Assembly (NCBI GenBank): GCA_024181965.1
Contig: BQXS01012764.1
Span: 1 to 42,201 of the forward strand
Reading direction: 5' to 3'
Origin: Aduncisulcus paluster
Taxonomy: Eukaryota
Length of the DNA stretch: 42,201 bases
In this document: positions 28,201-37,996 of the stretch, one piece after another
Position numbering within the stretch: position 1 is the stretch's first letter
How the letters are laid out: each line of letters begins with the position of its first letter
Program-made: the position numbers and the translations under genes
Notes under the pieces: model-generated
Database searches by the model: none
Seen by the model: the letters and a program-made list of their open reading frames with translations, nothing else
Told to the model about the DNA's origin: nothing

Positions 28201-30664
28201 ACATTCGATGATCTCTTTACTTGATGGAACAGAATGGACAGAAAACGTCAGCTTCCTTTTCAGGTATACTATTGAAGATATAGATCGGGAAGATGGTGTT
28301 CCTATCCCTTCCTCTTCCATTGAAGTTCGGATCGGTGGTGGATTCTCAGGTCTTTCAGAATATTCAGACTCAACATATTCAGGATCTTCAGGCCAAATGG
28401 TTCCTCAGAAGCTGTTTACATCCACTCCATCCGTTAGCACAGATGGTAATTCCGATGCCAACACCATTCCTCTGACAGGCGTCTTCCATTCTGATCATAC
28501 TGTGCTTATTCCATATTCTTCTGTGGAAGTTGATCAAGAAACTCGTGATGCCCATGCTGACAATAAGCTCACCCACATCCTCCTCAAGCTCACCAGAAAT
28601 GACATTGAAGACACTTCTCAGGACTCATTTGGTGTTACATCTTCATCCGCATCTATTGTTCCTCTATGGTTGAAAACAAACATTGCAGGTTCTCTGTTCA
28701 TCAAAGATAGGTTTCCAACTATTATTCCGATTGTTGTTACCCTTCGTGGGAACATAAATGGTCTATTCTTCTTCTTTGATGGTTCTACTGATGTATGGAA
28801 TGAAGTTGCATATGGGAATCCTATTCAGTATTTGCCCATGACCAATGCTAACAATGATGACATTGGCATTCCAATAAGTACATCTTTCCAGACACAAAGT
28901 CGTGGTATGTACCAAATTAACAACATTGAGAATGATTCGTCTGGCGATCACAATCCTGGTTTTATTGATGATTTCACAAGAGATGGATACATTATGTTCC
29001 AGACAGCAATGATGTATGGAAGGATCGTATTTGCTTCCGAGTTTAGTGCTCTTGTGATTCCAATGTATGATGTTGATGGTCATGAATTCAATCAGAAGAA
29101 CTCCAGTTCTCTTCGAATTGATATCGAGACAGACCAAACTAGCCCATACTCTTCCGTTTTCATTCACAACACTTCATTTGCTGATGGGAAAATGCTAACA
29201 ATTGAGAGCAAGAACTGGCAAGAAGATTCTCAGAAACTGGTTGCTAATTTCTGGCCTATTGTCAATGGCAGCGGTGAGGTTTTGTTTCCAGACGACACAA
29301 CGTCCTCTCCTTCCGATGATCCATGTTCCCTTGATTCCTCAGATGTTGTCACGTCATTCGATGGCAGGCTTTCTCTTGTGAATGATGGGGATGGGTATTG
29401 GCAGGTCACTGTGTGTTCCCCCGAGTCTTCATCCCTGACAACCACTCAGTTGTATGTGTCCACTGTGTCCACGTTCTTGATTGATCCCAACGCAATAGTC
29501 CTCGTCGCTGATCTTCTCGAATACATCGAGGATGATTCTACCATTCATTTCATTCCCGTGTCTGACGTCGATGTGTCTGACTATGAAAGGAAGCAATTCA
29601 ATGATAATTACGCGTTGGTAAGCTATTCTCGCGCTTGTTCATCATACATCAGTGGGATTAACATGGATGTTTCTGACTATATTTCTCTGAATGCTAAAGA
29701 TGGTGTCACTGATGATTACCCTCTTCGAATGACTTCAGCGATGCAATGGTATGACAAACAGATTTTGATACTCAATTCTGACGAAAAGAGTGGAGACATT
29801 GATCATATTGTCGTGACAAACTCAAACTGGAGTCCGGATGGACATTTTGTATTGAAACAACTTAACATGGATGCCGAATTGACAATTTCCCTTGTCGCCA
29901 CTGCTAATCTTTTAGAAGAACAAGATCAAGAAGAGGAAATTGTCAGTGATGTCGGTGATAGTAATTTATTGGCCTCATTCCAAGTTGGTCTTCTCCTCTA
30001 TTTCACCAGTGAAAACGATGCTGAGACTGTCATGTTCTCCAATAGTGTGTTCGCTAATCAATCATCTGTGACATCCTCTCTGGTCAATGTTCTTCAACAT
30101 GTTACGTTTGATGGAAATGAAGAGTTGCAGTCTTGCTTGAACGATGAATCTCTCGATATTGAGTTCATCAACCGTTCCAAGGTCTCATATGGAATCCTTT
30201 TCACCTGTTCACTCCCACAAAACTTTGAAATGCCCTCTCATATGGATGTTGACGGGACATTTGAGATGAGTTCTATGTTCAATCATGATGTATTGCCTGT
30301 GCATTTCTCCGTCTATGATATTTCTGCGTTTGAGAAGAGTCCTCTGTCGTCCACTTCAGTTTGTGGGAATCTGAGTGCCCGTGCTCCTTCTCTCCATCCT
30401 CCTACAATTCCTCCCTCCACTCCCGTAGAAGATAGCCCGAATGGATGGATCATTCTCTTGTGGATTGGTGTTCCTTTGATTCTTGTTTCCGTTGCTATCA
30501 TTTTGACTTTCATTCTGGTGAAAAGGAGGACTTCAACCAAGAAGAAAGCCAATATGCAAAGTGGATCCGCAAATAGTGACGTTCCCATACCATCAATGCA
30601 TGTTAATCCACTAGCAACGATCATCTCTCCTTCTGAGCTATCTGGTCAACTTGAAAAGATTTAA
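25187..30664 (+). CDS. Large type I membrane/surface protein, 1825 aa, acidic beta-rich ectodomain
   Basis: Signal peptide MRFLNRLFVFSCILSLCFLFCHG; many NxS/T sequons; Pro-rich stalk (PSLHPPTIPPSTP); TM WIILLWIGVPLILVSVAIILTFILV followed by KRR; ~45-aa cytoplasmic tail. Confidence 0.9.
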   Translation: MRFLNRLFVFSCILSLCFLFCHGFQIPSFILEELKDLTPWGSRSVMLTETRSAFEPIFGEFSLDSLDYVDDIIPVIKRMSTHIAAPVLPLQNHPLIAGAKFFDSKSLIEGTAVSSQLSTDVPLTDQDFHVFIQTDNVEDVLASDISEEVEIKLFSAIVQEYLSELYFSHPDFPNSVFKVHYCVDSSDLESEDVSKLSNLHMCLVTGQEVTSVLSGLTMNVKSNSLDDADPDFERYLDDTTAYDVFQVGYNPDLPVDSSDDYSAISDNSSLNMNAQIELYVDITVFGGIKEFRLVFQADTYNASDHDITISNAFDEEQTSKHSFSNLIEETKFGSLLDFTLLGLDLSSGFFFSVDMTNDMEFQGEFEHTFKAKQSNRIVFGITKVNGEWSNFYKTTEPNMVVEENVPSISSSNQDNMSNFMLQYTIAIIPSFEFKLFGSSLALLGIEMSYQQTLTASSMCSTTSMDTKSSISFTLYTQILDYTHDFPLGTTHESEQEIGDSQLLPLSVIDSTNAIGCVGPDSIADNQDFPRIPPNRVDPEEIHLQIDIDYTCWSGRSFEEVSGTIQLGNKKTSYSYYEYSHKKDKDDEYNLVTGKELILLYSEDDSSDDSSDDELTISIHNDEWCHEDDQSFHIPVSEIVSEFINNAQTLYTQFRWYDKHNDGNHTLDISITFFVQSIDLGIPYSGWDTFGHHSMNIENWYHTSMPRWSDSLTVYPFLEPGDMYSPEGDEQMVYNFFPGVNNYQLLVDNMANTNPLWMISRLYSFDNPNIPMDSDGNSHDGMEFYNDTFDYRAIREYFHSSASDFSEYSSMIRMNMGCYGSSSSNAFSLYYMWESNKYYYELDYSDYPNGLIWDIDSHQNNQDEFPFAWGSSIFSASFNPSQPEICLQKDHIGFKFYSDSLFNSYTLKGDIELDDSYFLQSNDGSMIWETQDGDSHCKLFSHVQKPRLWVNATLYSASINAFNDVGWFSFVPTAQLFIDGGNVSMSTNIGDEDSPFSSLVSLAFDPHSMISLLDGTEWTENVSFLFRYTIEDIDREDGVPIPSSSIEVRIGGGFSGLSEYSDSTYSGSSGQMVPQKLFTSTPSVSTDGNSDANTIPLTGVFHSDHTVLIPYSSVEVDQETRDAHADNKLTHILLKLTRNDIEDTSQDSFGVTSSSASIVPLWLKTNIAGSLFIKDRFPTIIPIVVTLRGNINGLFFFFDGSTDVWNEVAYGNPIQYLPMTNANNDDIGIPISTSFQTQSRGMYQINNIENDSSGDHNPGFIDDFTRDGYIMFQTAMMYGRIVFASEFSALVIPMYDVDGHEFNQKNSSSLRIDIETDQTSPYSSVFIHNTSFADGKMLTIESKNWQEDSQKLVANFWPIVNGSGEVLFPDDTTSSPSDDPCSLDSSDVVTSFDGRLSLVNDGDGYWQVTVCSPESSSLTTTQLYVSTVSTFLIDPNAIVLVADLLEYIEDDSTIHFIPVSDVDVSDYERKQFNDNYALVSYSRACSSYISGINMDVSDYISLNAKDGVTDDYPLRMTSAMQWYDKQILILNSDEKSGDIDHIVVTNSNWSPDGHFVLKQLNMDAELTISLVATANLLEEQDQEEEIVSDVGDSNLLASFQVGLLLYFTSENDAETVMFSNSVFANQSSVTSSLVNVLQHVTFDGNEELQSCLNDESLDIEFINRSKVSYGILFTCSLPQNFEMPSHMDVDGTFEMSSMFNHDVLPVHFSVYDISAFEKSPLSSTSVCGNLSARAPSLHPPTIPPSTPVEDSPNGWIILLWIGVPLILVSVAIILTFILVKRRTSTKKKANMQSGSANSDVPIPSMHVNPLATIISPSELSGQLEKI

Positions 30665-31548
30665 GGTATATTGTGCATAGTTTAATAGGTTGTTTATTGT
30701 GTTTACTTTAACTTTTAGCATACACGTATTGGTTTTTCCTTGATAAACAAGGTTTTCCTTCGTCAATCATTTGACCCCGGTCAATGACGTAAATTGAATA
30801 AATTTGTTGCATTTGATTTTTCTTGGTGCACAGGGAAGTTCTTAACACCTTTCCACAGATCTCATCGACCATAACCAAAGAAGCAAAAATAGCTCTCGAA
30901 GGGCTCGAACCGAAGACACAATGATACTGGACAGAAGGACAGTCAGAACCCCACGCGAGGGTTACAAAGGCACTAGAATCAGTAAAAATACAACCCCAAT
31001 ATTTGATTTTCCAGGTTTAGCAAATGCAAGACTACCAAGAATCGAATTTTAGACTGATTAAGCTACAACGACAACAATTGATGAATCTGTTGTTTCAACA
31101 AAAGAATCACCATCAACAGCACCATTTTCAACCGTAGAATCACTTTTCATCAAAACTATTTTGCCAAGGCAGCAAGATAGAACTAAGAAATTAAAACATC
31201 TATCCAAGCCGAAATCACTGCTTCATGGTATTGCAAAATGATTATTCATATGTTATATATTGATTCGAAAAAAATAGGCGTAATAAAATCTATATTAATT
31301 ATGTGATTTGAGCTGGAAGATTATCGATTGGTGTTTTCTTTGAAAGTGAATATTGGATATTATTGTATGAACATTTTAATTTTGTAATTTACCCTTAATT
31401 TATTTTATATCAATTGACCAATCAAAAAAGCTCACAATACCTATTAAAAAATATCTCATCATCTTCTCATGATACTGTTAATTTTATTGAATTCACCATT
31501 ATTCTTTTTAAAATATAATCATTTGATAGGCCTTCAAGTTTCTTTCCC

Positions 31549-34500
31549 ATGAGTTCTAAGGTATGTCAACTTCAACGTCTATTTTTTAAGTTCTTTTCAA
31601 AGTTTATTATCTTACTCTTTTTTCCTTGTTTAAATAGGATACAAGACAACTTGCATCAAAGATTGGCTCGAAACCCAAGTACAAGCCCAAGCGCGATTCA
31701 CTAACCCTTACTTCCTCATCTACCATCACACCGCAGTGTATTATTGGTAATGGTGGTTTTGCAGAGGTTCTTCTTGTTAAAATTGATGATATTCCTTTTC
31801 TGTGCGTTCTGAAGAAGATGCTTAGGATTGCTGACAAAACTGTTGTCAAAGGGTGTCGGAAGGAGTTTAAAGTGCAACGAAAGTTGTTTAATAATCCAAA
31901 ATGTTTCCATCGTATCCCTCGTCCTCTATATATTCTTGATCTTCTCGATGGTGATTTCAAAGGGGTATATGGATTTCTGATGGAATATTGTGCTGGAGGT
32001 AGCGTGAGTTCATTTGCCAAGACTTGGTGTGCTGATGGCAAGTCTATGAGAACAACTGGCACCGAAGAAGACTCTGATGCTTCAAGTTCTGATTCGAGTT
32101 CTGAGTCTTCGGTCGCTGAATGTCACTCTCATATCCACTTTGATCCAATGTCTTTGGACTCTGTTAAGGTAAGTGCTCTTTGTGTAGGGATGATTGAATG
32201 TCTTGACGATGTATTCACGGCTAAACCAAGATTGATCCATCGTGACATAAAACCTGATAACTTTCTTGTCCGTGCTGACCCCGAATCCAAAAAATGTACA
32301 ATTGTTCTCTCTGATCTTGGTATTGCTCAGATTCAGAATTCAATATCTTCTTCCTCCGTTGTCAAAAGTTTTGCCTCTTCAACTTTGCTATCATCCTCTT
32401 CTTCTCAACCTCACAAAGAAGACCCTTCAATTTGTGGGACACTTGTGTACAATTCTTGTGAAGCCCTTCAAGGGATGCATAGCCAGGAAAGTGATGCATA
32501 CTCTCTTGGAATGACTATCCTTGCCGTTTTCGAAGGTTGTGATCCTTTCTTCCATTCTCCTGTTTTACAAGGATTGAAAAACAGAGTAGAATTCGCCACA
32601 AAGTTAAGGAACAGTATTTTGGAAGGACTTGGACCTAAACTCTCCAATTCTTGTCTTTTCAGATCTCTTCAGACCATTGAAGGTGGGAAATATACACCTG
32701 TTTTTGAGTGTCTGAATGATGTGTTTGAGGGTTTAACAAAGGTTGATATTGGTAAACGTATGAGTGTTCATAAGGCCCGAGAGCGAGTCCAGTCCATCAA
32801 ACGTCTTCTTCCAGATATCGGAGAAGGATGGAAATACCCAAGTATTGATGATATTGTTCGACTCCAGCTCAAGAAGCATGGTAATAATCCTGGAATTATT
32901 ATTAAAGGAGGTGGTGGTGAGAAACAAAGTGGTTTGATGTCATTGATGACTATGACTACGACGTCCAGTTCTTCCTCTAGTTCCAGTAGTGAAAGTTCTC
33001 TTCCAGTCGGAAAGAGACGCTTTCGAGGAGTGAACATAAGTACAAAGGTTTCAAAAGCTCCAGTCACAATCATGACTCAAACATCCTCCACAATCATGAC
33101 ATCAATCGTGGAATTGATTGAAAAAACCAAAAAGACAACTTCAACCGAACACGTATCATTTCTATTCAAAAAGTCTGTGCCTAATCTTTGCAGTATCTTT
33201 TCTTCTCTGGAACTGGATGATGCCATCCTTTCAAACCATGAACTCTATACCAAGTGTTTTGAGTGCTTATCTCTATTTGTGGAACACTTAGCACTTGATT
33301 CGGCTTCTTCAAGTGTATTTCTCGATAAATCCTCGATAAAAATGCTGATCGATTCTCTTTTTGAGGATATGGTTAGAGTTGAAAAAATATTGAATCCAAC
33401 AGAAAATGAAGATGAAAAGGAAAAAGAAGAGGAAGAGGAAGAGGAAGAGAAGGAAATGTCTATTGCCACAAAATCATTGTTTTCTATTGCTGTTACTGCT
33501 GAGAATAGAGTTGAATCCTTTCGAGGTAAATTAATTCGTCAAATTCCTTCAGTTGTCGATCGATTCCTCAATCATATTCTGTTGGATATATACAAGTGTT
33601 ATGCTTCAGATACACTCTCTAAACTATATTACAAACAAAAGAATACGCTGCTCTCAATATTCCTTGGTTTTCAGTCCTCAAAAGAGATAAAGGTTCATAA
33701 AAGTGAACTTGTGATGTGTTGTACATGCTTGGATCAATTACTTAGCCATGAACATTTAGATTGCGCTGAAAAATGGATTTCTCTTCCAATGGAAGATCGA
33801 TTTGATCTTTTTGAATCATTTATTGATCACATTGTAAAATCTGATGAACTCTTGGAAGGAGCTGTTGAGGAAGAATTATGTAGCTTGATGGCCTTTCATT
33901 CGAATCATATTGATATCCCATCTTGTGAACCTCTTTATGATAGCCTTTTCCCAGTCTTTCATCGAATTCTTGAAAGAGGAAGCAAACATAAGTTGAAAGG
34001 ATTTACTGGGGGTAATTTTTTGAGAACTTTACTAAACCTCGCTCATTCAACATCTATATCCTTGAAATTATCGATAATAGACCTAGCAAAATCATATTTC
34101 GAACCATGGATGAAGGTACTTAACCATGATGAGGTTGTTGGATGTTGGATGGCTGTTTTAGCCCAGGTTTCAAAGGGTGACTTTTCTCTCTGTTCTGAGG
34201 TTTGGCCCCTTTTCGGCCCTGTCATTGATATTGTTAGGAAAGACTTTGTCAGGCAAAGTATTATTGTTGATGGTCATGAACATGTTCTTCGATTCTTGTC
34301 TAATCTGTGTTGTGACCCAAGTTATATTCCTCAAATATACGACAAGACAAAGGATCTTCTTCATGGGTGGTATGTCGCAATTAAGAAAGAAAACCATAAA
34401 TTTGGCATTCAATATTGGTCTGAGCTCATTTCAAGACTGTGTTCTGTGTCATCATTAGTTCCAAAAATATCTCCAAAATTTGACATTGCCATGGAATGGT

Positions 34501-36930
34501 GCAATTGTAATAATGGGGGTGAGGGATCTGCCAATTTCTCCCGGTATACGAGATACTGTTATCCAGACTGGAAAGGATGGAATGAGTTGATAAAACCATT
34601 GAGAATTGAAAGGTGTTCTGATGCACAAGATACTCTAGAACTCTATCAAAAACATTATAAAATCATTCTTGCAGCCTTAGGAGACTTCCAGACAGAAATA
34701 GATATTCAAACCTATGAGAAACAAATCATTATTTGTTTCCAGAATCTGAGAAAGTTCATTTGTCATACGGTACAAGATGAGAGGATCTGTCTTCCAACAC
34801 CTGATCTTCATGAACTGATTGACACTTTCATTGATCATCTTACAAGGATGGAGAAGGTATTAGGAGGAAAAGCATCAGTACTCTATTTTAAAATAATTCA
34901 TGATTATTTGGATGCTGTGAAAAATATAGAAACTTCCTTGTTTCACAAGATAGCTCCATCTTTTAGATACCACCTTGAAAGTGGATGCAAAGAAGTCATA
35001 CATTCTTCTGAGTTAATTTCTAATATCTTACAATCTCTCAAATATCTATCAGCATCAACAAAGCTCCCAGAAACATCTATCTTTGAACTTATATCGCCTT
35101 ATATTGAAGATTGGNNNNNNNNNNNNNNNNNNNNTTCATGATTATTTGGATGCTGTGAAAAATATAGAAACTTCCTTGTTTCACAAGATAGCTCCATCTT
35201 TTAGATACCACCTTGAAAGTGGATGCAAAGAAGTCATACATTCTTCTGAGTTAATTTCTAATATCTTACAATCTCTCAAATATCTATCAGCATCAACAAA
35301 GCTCCCAGAAACATCTATCTTTGAACTTATATCGCCTTATATTGAAGATTGGTTGAAGTTATATCGAAAAAATGAATATTCTGGATATTGGATGGTTATT
35401 TTGTCGAATGTAACATCCTCATTTGAAACAGAGCCTCCAAATGAAGATGTTTTTCTTAAGGCTTGGTCTTTGTTTTATCCTATTCTTAACATTGCAAAGA
35501 AACTGCGTGAGGAAACAATCGAATCAGATCATCAATATTTTTTGCCCTTTTTTTCAAGGCTGTGCTTGATTGAAAAATATTCAGCAAAAGTTTACGATGA
35601 ACTTAAAAAAGATGATCTTCTTGAAGATTGGTTCAAAGTCATTGAGAAAAGTGACAATCAACTTGCCATCTCATACTGGGCAGATCTTGTTTCCATGCTC
35701 TCAACATGTCCTTCCAATGTTTCTCATTTGATACCCAAGTTCGATTCTGCAATGAAATGGTGTTATGATAATAACCTTGATTGTTGTGATAGCTATTGTG
35801 TTTATCTCAGTAATTGTGATCCAAACCTGAGACAATGGGGAGATCTGCTCTTTTCAATACGACAATGCTCAGATTCAGCATCAACTGCAAGACTCTACCA
35901 TGATAATCGTCAAGCTATCCTCTCCGTCTTTCGTAGATTCAGAACCAGTTCGTTAGTTAGACAGAATATTAAAGAGATATTTGTGTGTTTCCATTGTTTG
36001 AATAACATCATTCGGCATGTTTCCAATCAACATACTATATATCTCCCCATCTCTGATCTTAATAATCTTATTGATTCGTTTATAAATGATCTTTCAAGAT
36101 TTCATCGAGTAATGTCGGAATTCCTCGATGAAGAATTCTCCACAATGTGTGTAAATTATACCGATAATTTATTCTGTAGGTATAAAAGTAGATTCCAAGA
36201 CTCTTTCCTTCCCAAAATTATTTCGAATTTTGAAAATCTGTTAAAACGAGGTTCTGAAGGAAAACTGGGGAAGAATGTTGCTACAAATGTAACAATAACC
36301 CTCCATAATTTCTGCAATTGTCATTCATCAGGGACTAAGACCAGTATAATAAGACTAATTAACCCATATTTTAAAAGATGGCTGAAGAAATACCCTGATA
36401 GTTGTATATTAGGCGATTGGATGTGTGTTCTTGCTTATGTTACTTGGTCAAGCGAAGAGAATGCGCCCAATGAATCCATTTGTGCTGAAGCTTGGTCTCT
36501 ATTTGATCCCGTTGTTGATATTGTGAAAAAGGAATTCGTTGGCAAGAAAATAACAAAAGATTATCACGAATATGCTTTGTTATTTTTTGCAAATTTATGT
36601 TGTGATCCAGCTCATGCTCTTCAGGTATTTAAAAAGACCAGTGATCAATTATTAAAATGGTGCAAGATATTTGAAAAGGTGAAAGGCCCTGGGATTTTCA
36701 TATGGGGGAAACTAATCTCAATGTTTTCGACGATTCCTTCTCTTGTTTCAAAGATTTATCCAGAATTTGAAGTGTTTATGGAATTGATCGCTGAAGGGAA
36801 AAAGTTGGAAGAATTATCTCTCGATAGCGAACATTTAAGGTGGTTTAAAACTGTTCCAGCCAGATCCAAGAGAGAAAAAACAATATTTGGTGGCGATTTT
36901 AAACGATACATTCGAAATTGTAAGAAATAG
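31549..36930 (+). CDS. Divergent Ser/Thr protein kinase fused to three ~340-aa tandem alpha-helical repeats; exon 1 31549-31560, exon 2 31638-36930; ~1688 aa joined
   Basis: IGNGGFAEV (upstream of the track ORF start), CVLKK, RKEF, LMEYCAGGS, IHRDIKPDNFL, DLG, GTLVYNSCE, SDAYSLG. The two track ORFs join in frame after removing the gap duplication (5067 nt = 1689 codons). Confidence 0.9.
31561..31637 (+). other. Spliceosomal intron, 77 nt, phase 0 (GTATGT...polypyrimidine...AAATAG)
   Basis: ATG AGT TCT AAG|gtatgt ... cttactcttttttccttgtttaaatag|GAT ACA AGA. Splicing removes the in-frame TAG and supplies a start codon for the kinase N-lobe. Confidence 0.85.
34897..35352. other. Scaffold gap (N 35115-35134) with duplicated overlap 34897-35114 = 35135-35352
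   Basis: The same 218 bp appears on both sides of a 20-N run. Confidence 0.95.
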
Positions 36931-37210
36931 TTTTATTCGAGGATGTTATTTGTGTTGTTGATAATGGCTGCTTTCCTTTTACATTGTATTTGCCTTATTC
37001 CCTCCAAACTTCAATCTTATGCCTTTTGAGAAACTTCGATATGAGTTTCAGACTAAGAGATTTCAACACAAAAAAGATTATACAAGTTCTATTTCTTCTC
37101 TTCCTTCACAATGATGTTAAAAATGATATTGAATATCATGATATTCAATGCAACAATTGAGGGAAAATAAAACTGTGAACAAAGATAGAGATAAGTCACA
37201 GCACATCTGC

Positions 37211-37495
37211 TTATTTATCTTTATCCTCAGAGGACAGATATTCAGATATGATCTTTAATTGGTCGATAGCTCTTGACGTCTCTTCCGTTTCTTTCATCTG
37301 TTGGAACTTAGAAGTTGGAACATCATCATCCAAAGCTTGAACCGAAAATTTTCTTTGTTTTAATTTTTCATGATGTAAAAATATTTCAGAATCATCAAAG
37401 AGAGATACCTTTTCTGAAGGAACTGAGCAATCTGTGCCATTTTTGTGAGATTTCATGTCGCCAACTGTTGAATAAAATAATGTTTGTTTTGACAT
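37211..37495 (-). CDS. Small hypothetical protein, 94 aa
   Basis: ATG preceded by an A/T-rich leader; protein-like composition; no motif recognised. Confidence 0.55.
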   Translation of the reverse strand: MSKQTLFYSTVGDMKSHKNGTDCSVPSEKVSLFDDSEIFLHHEKLKQRKFSVQALDDDVPTSKFQQMKETEETSRAIDQLKIISEYLSSEDKDK

Positions 37496-37996
37496 TTAAA
37501 TTATGCACTTATATCCGATCTTTGGACAAAAAAAACAAAAGGCCATCCTGAAAATTAATGCACTTTGCCGGAAATCCATTGTTATTGGAATCATCTTGTT
37601 ATCCATTAATTGGGAGTTAAAATGTATTTTAGAACATGTGTAAAGAGAATTTCTGTTCTTTTTTTGTACTTTTATATCTATTTTTACTCACAGGCAATGA
37701 TTGCTTGGCAATCTGTATCTCGATATCTAATTTTAGACCACTTTGCACAATCAAATAATATTCTCTTTTCTTGAGTGACCTACATTGTGGTTTTTTTTAA
37801 AACCGTTATTATGGTCATCATTGTGTTCAACTTGTGGGTATTGATGGTGGATATTGACCACAGGATAGAGCCGTCTTAGACTAAGTCTGCTGATAATAAT
37901 CCAGCTGAACCCCTTGTTCATTCCTTATTTAAGTCATGATAACCTCTTCAATATCTTATTAAAGATTGAAGAATTGTTTCAATTGGTTCAGAAAGT

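Noticed and set aside
30880-30975. tRNA gene on the minus strand around GGTTCGAGCCC
   Set aside because: The T-stem does not pair beyond 2 bp and I could not fold acceptor, D or anticodon arms; kept only as a weak relic finding.
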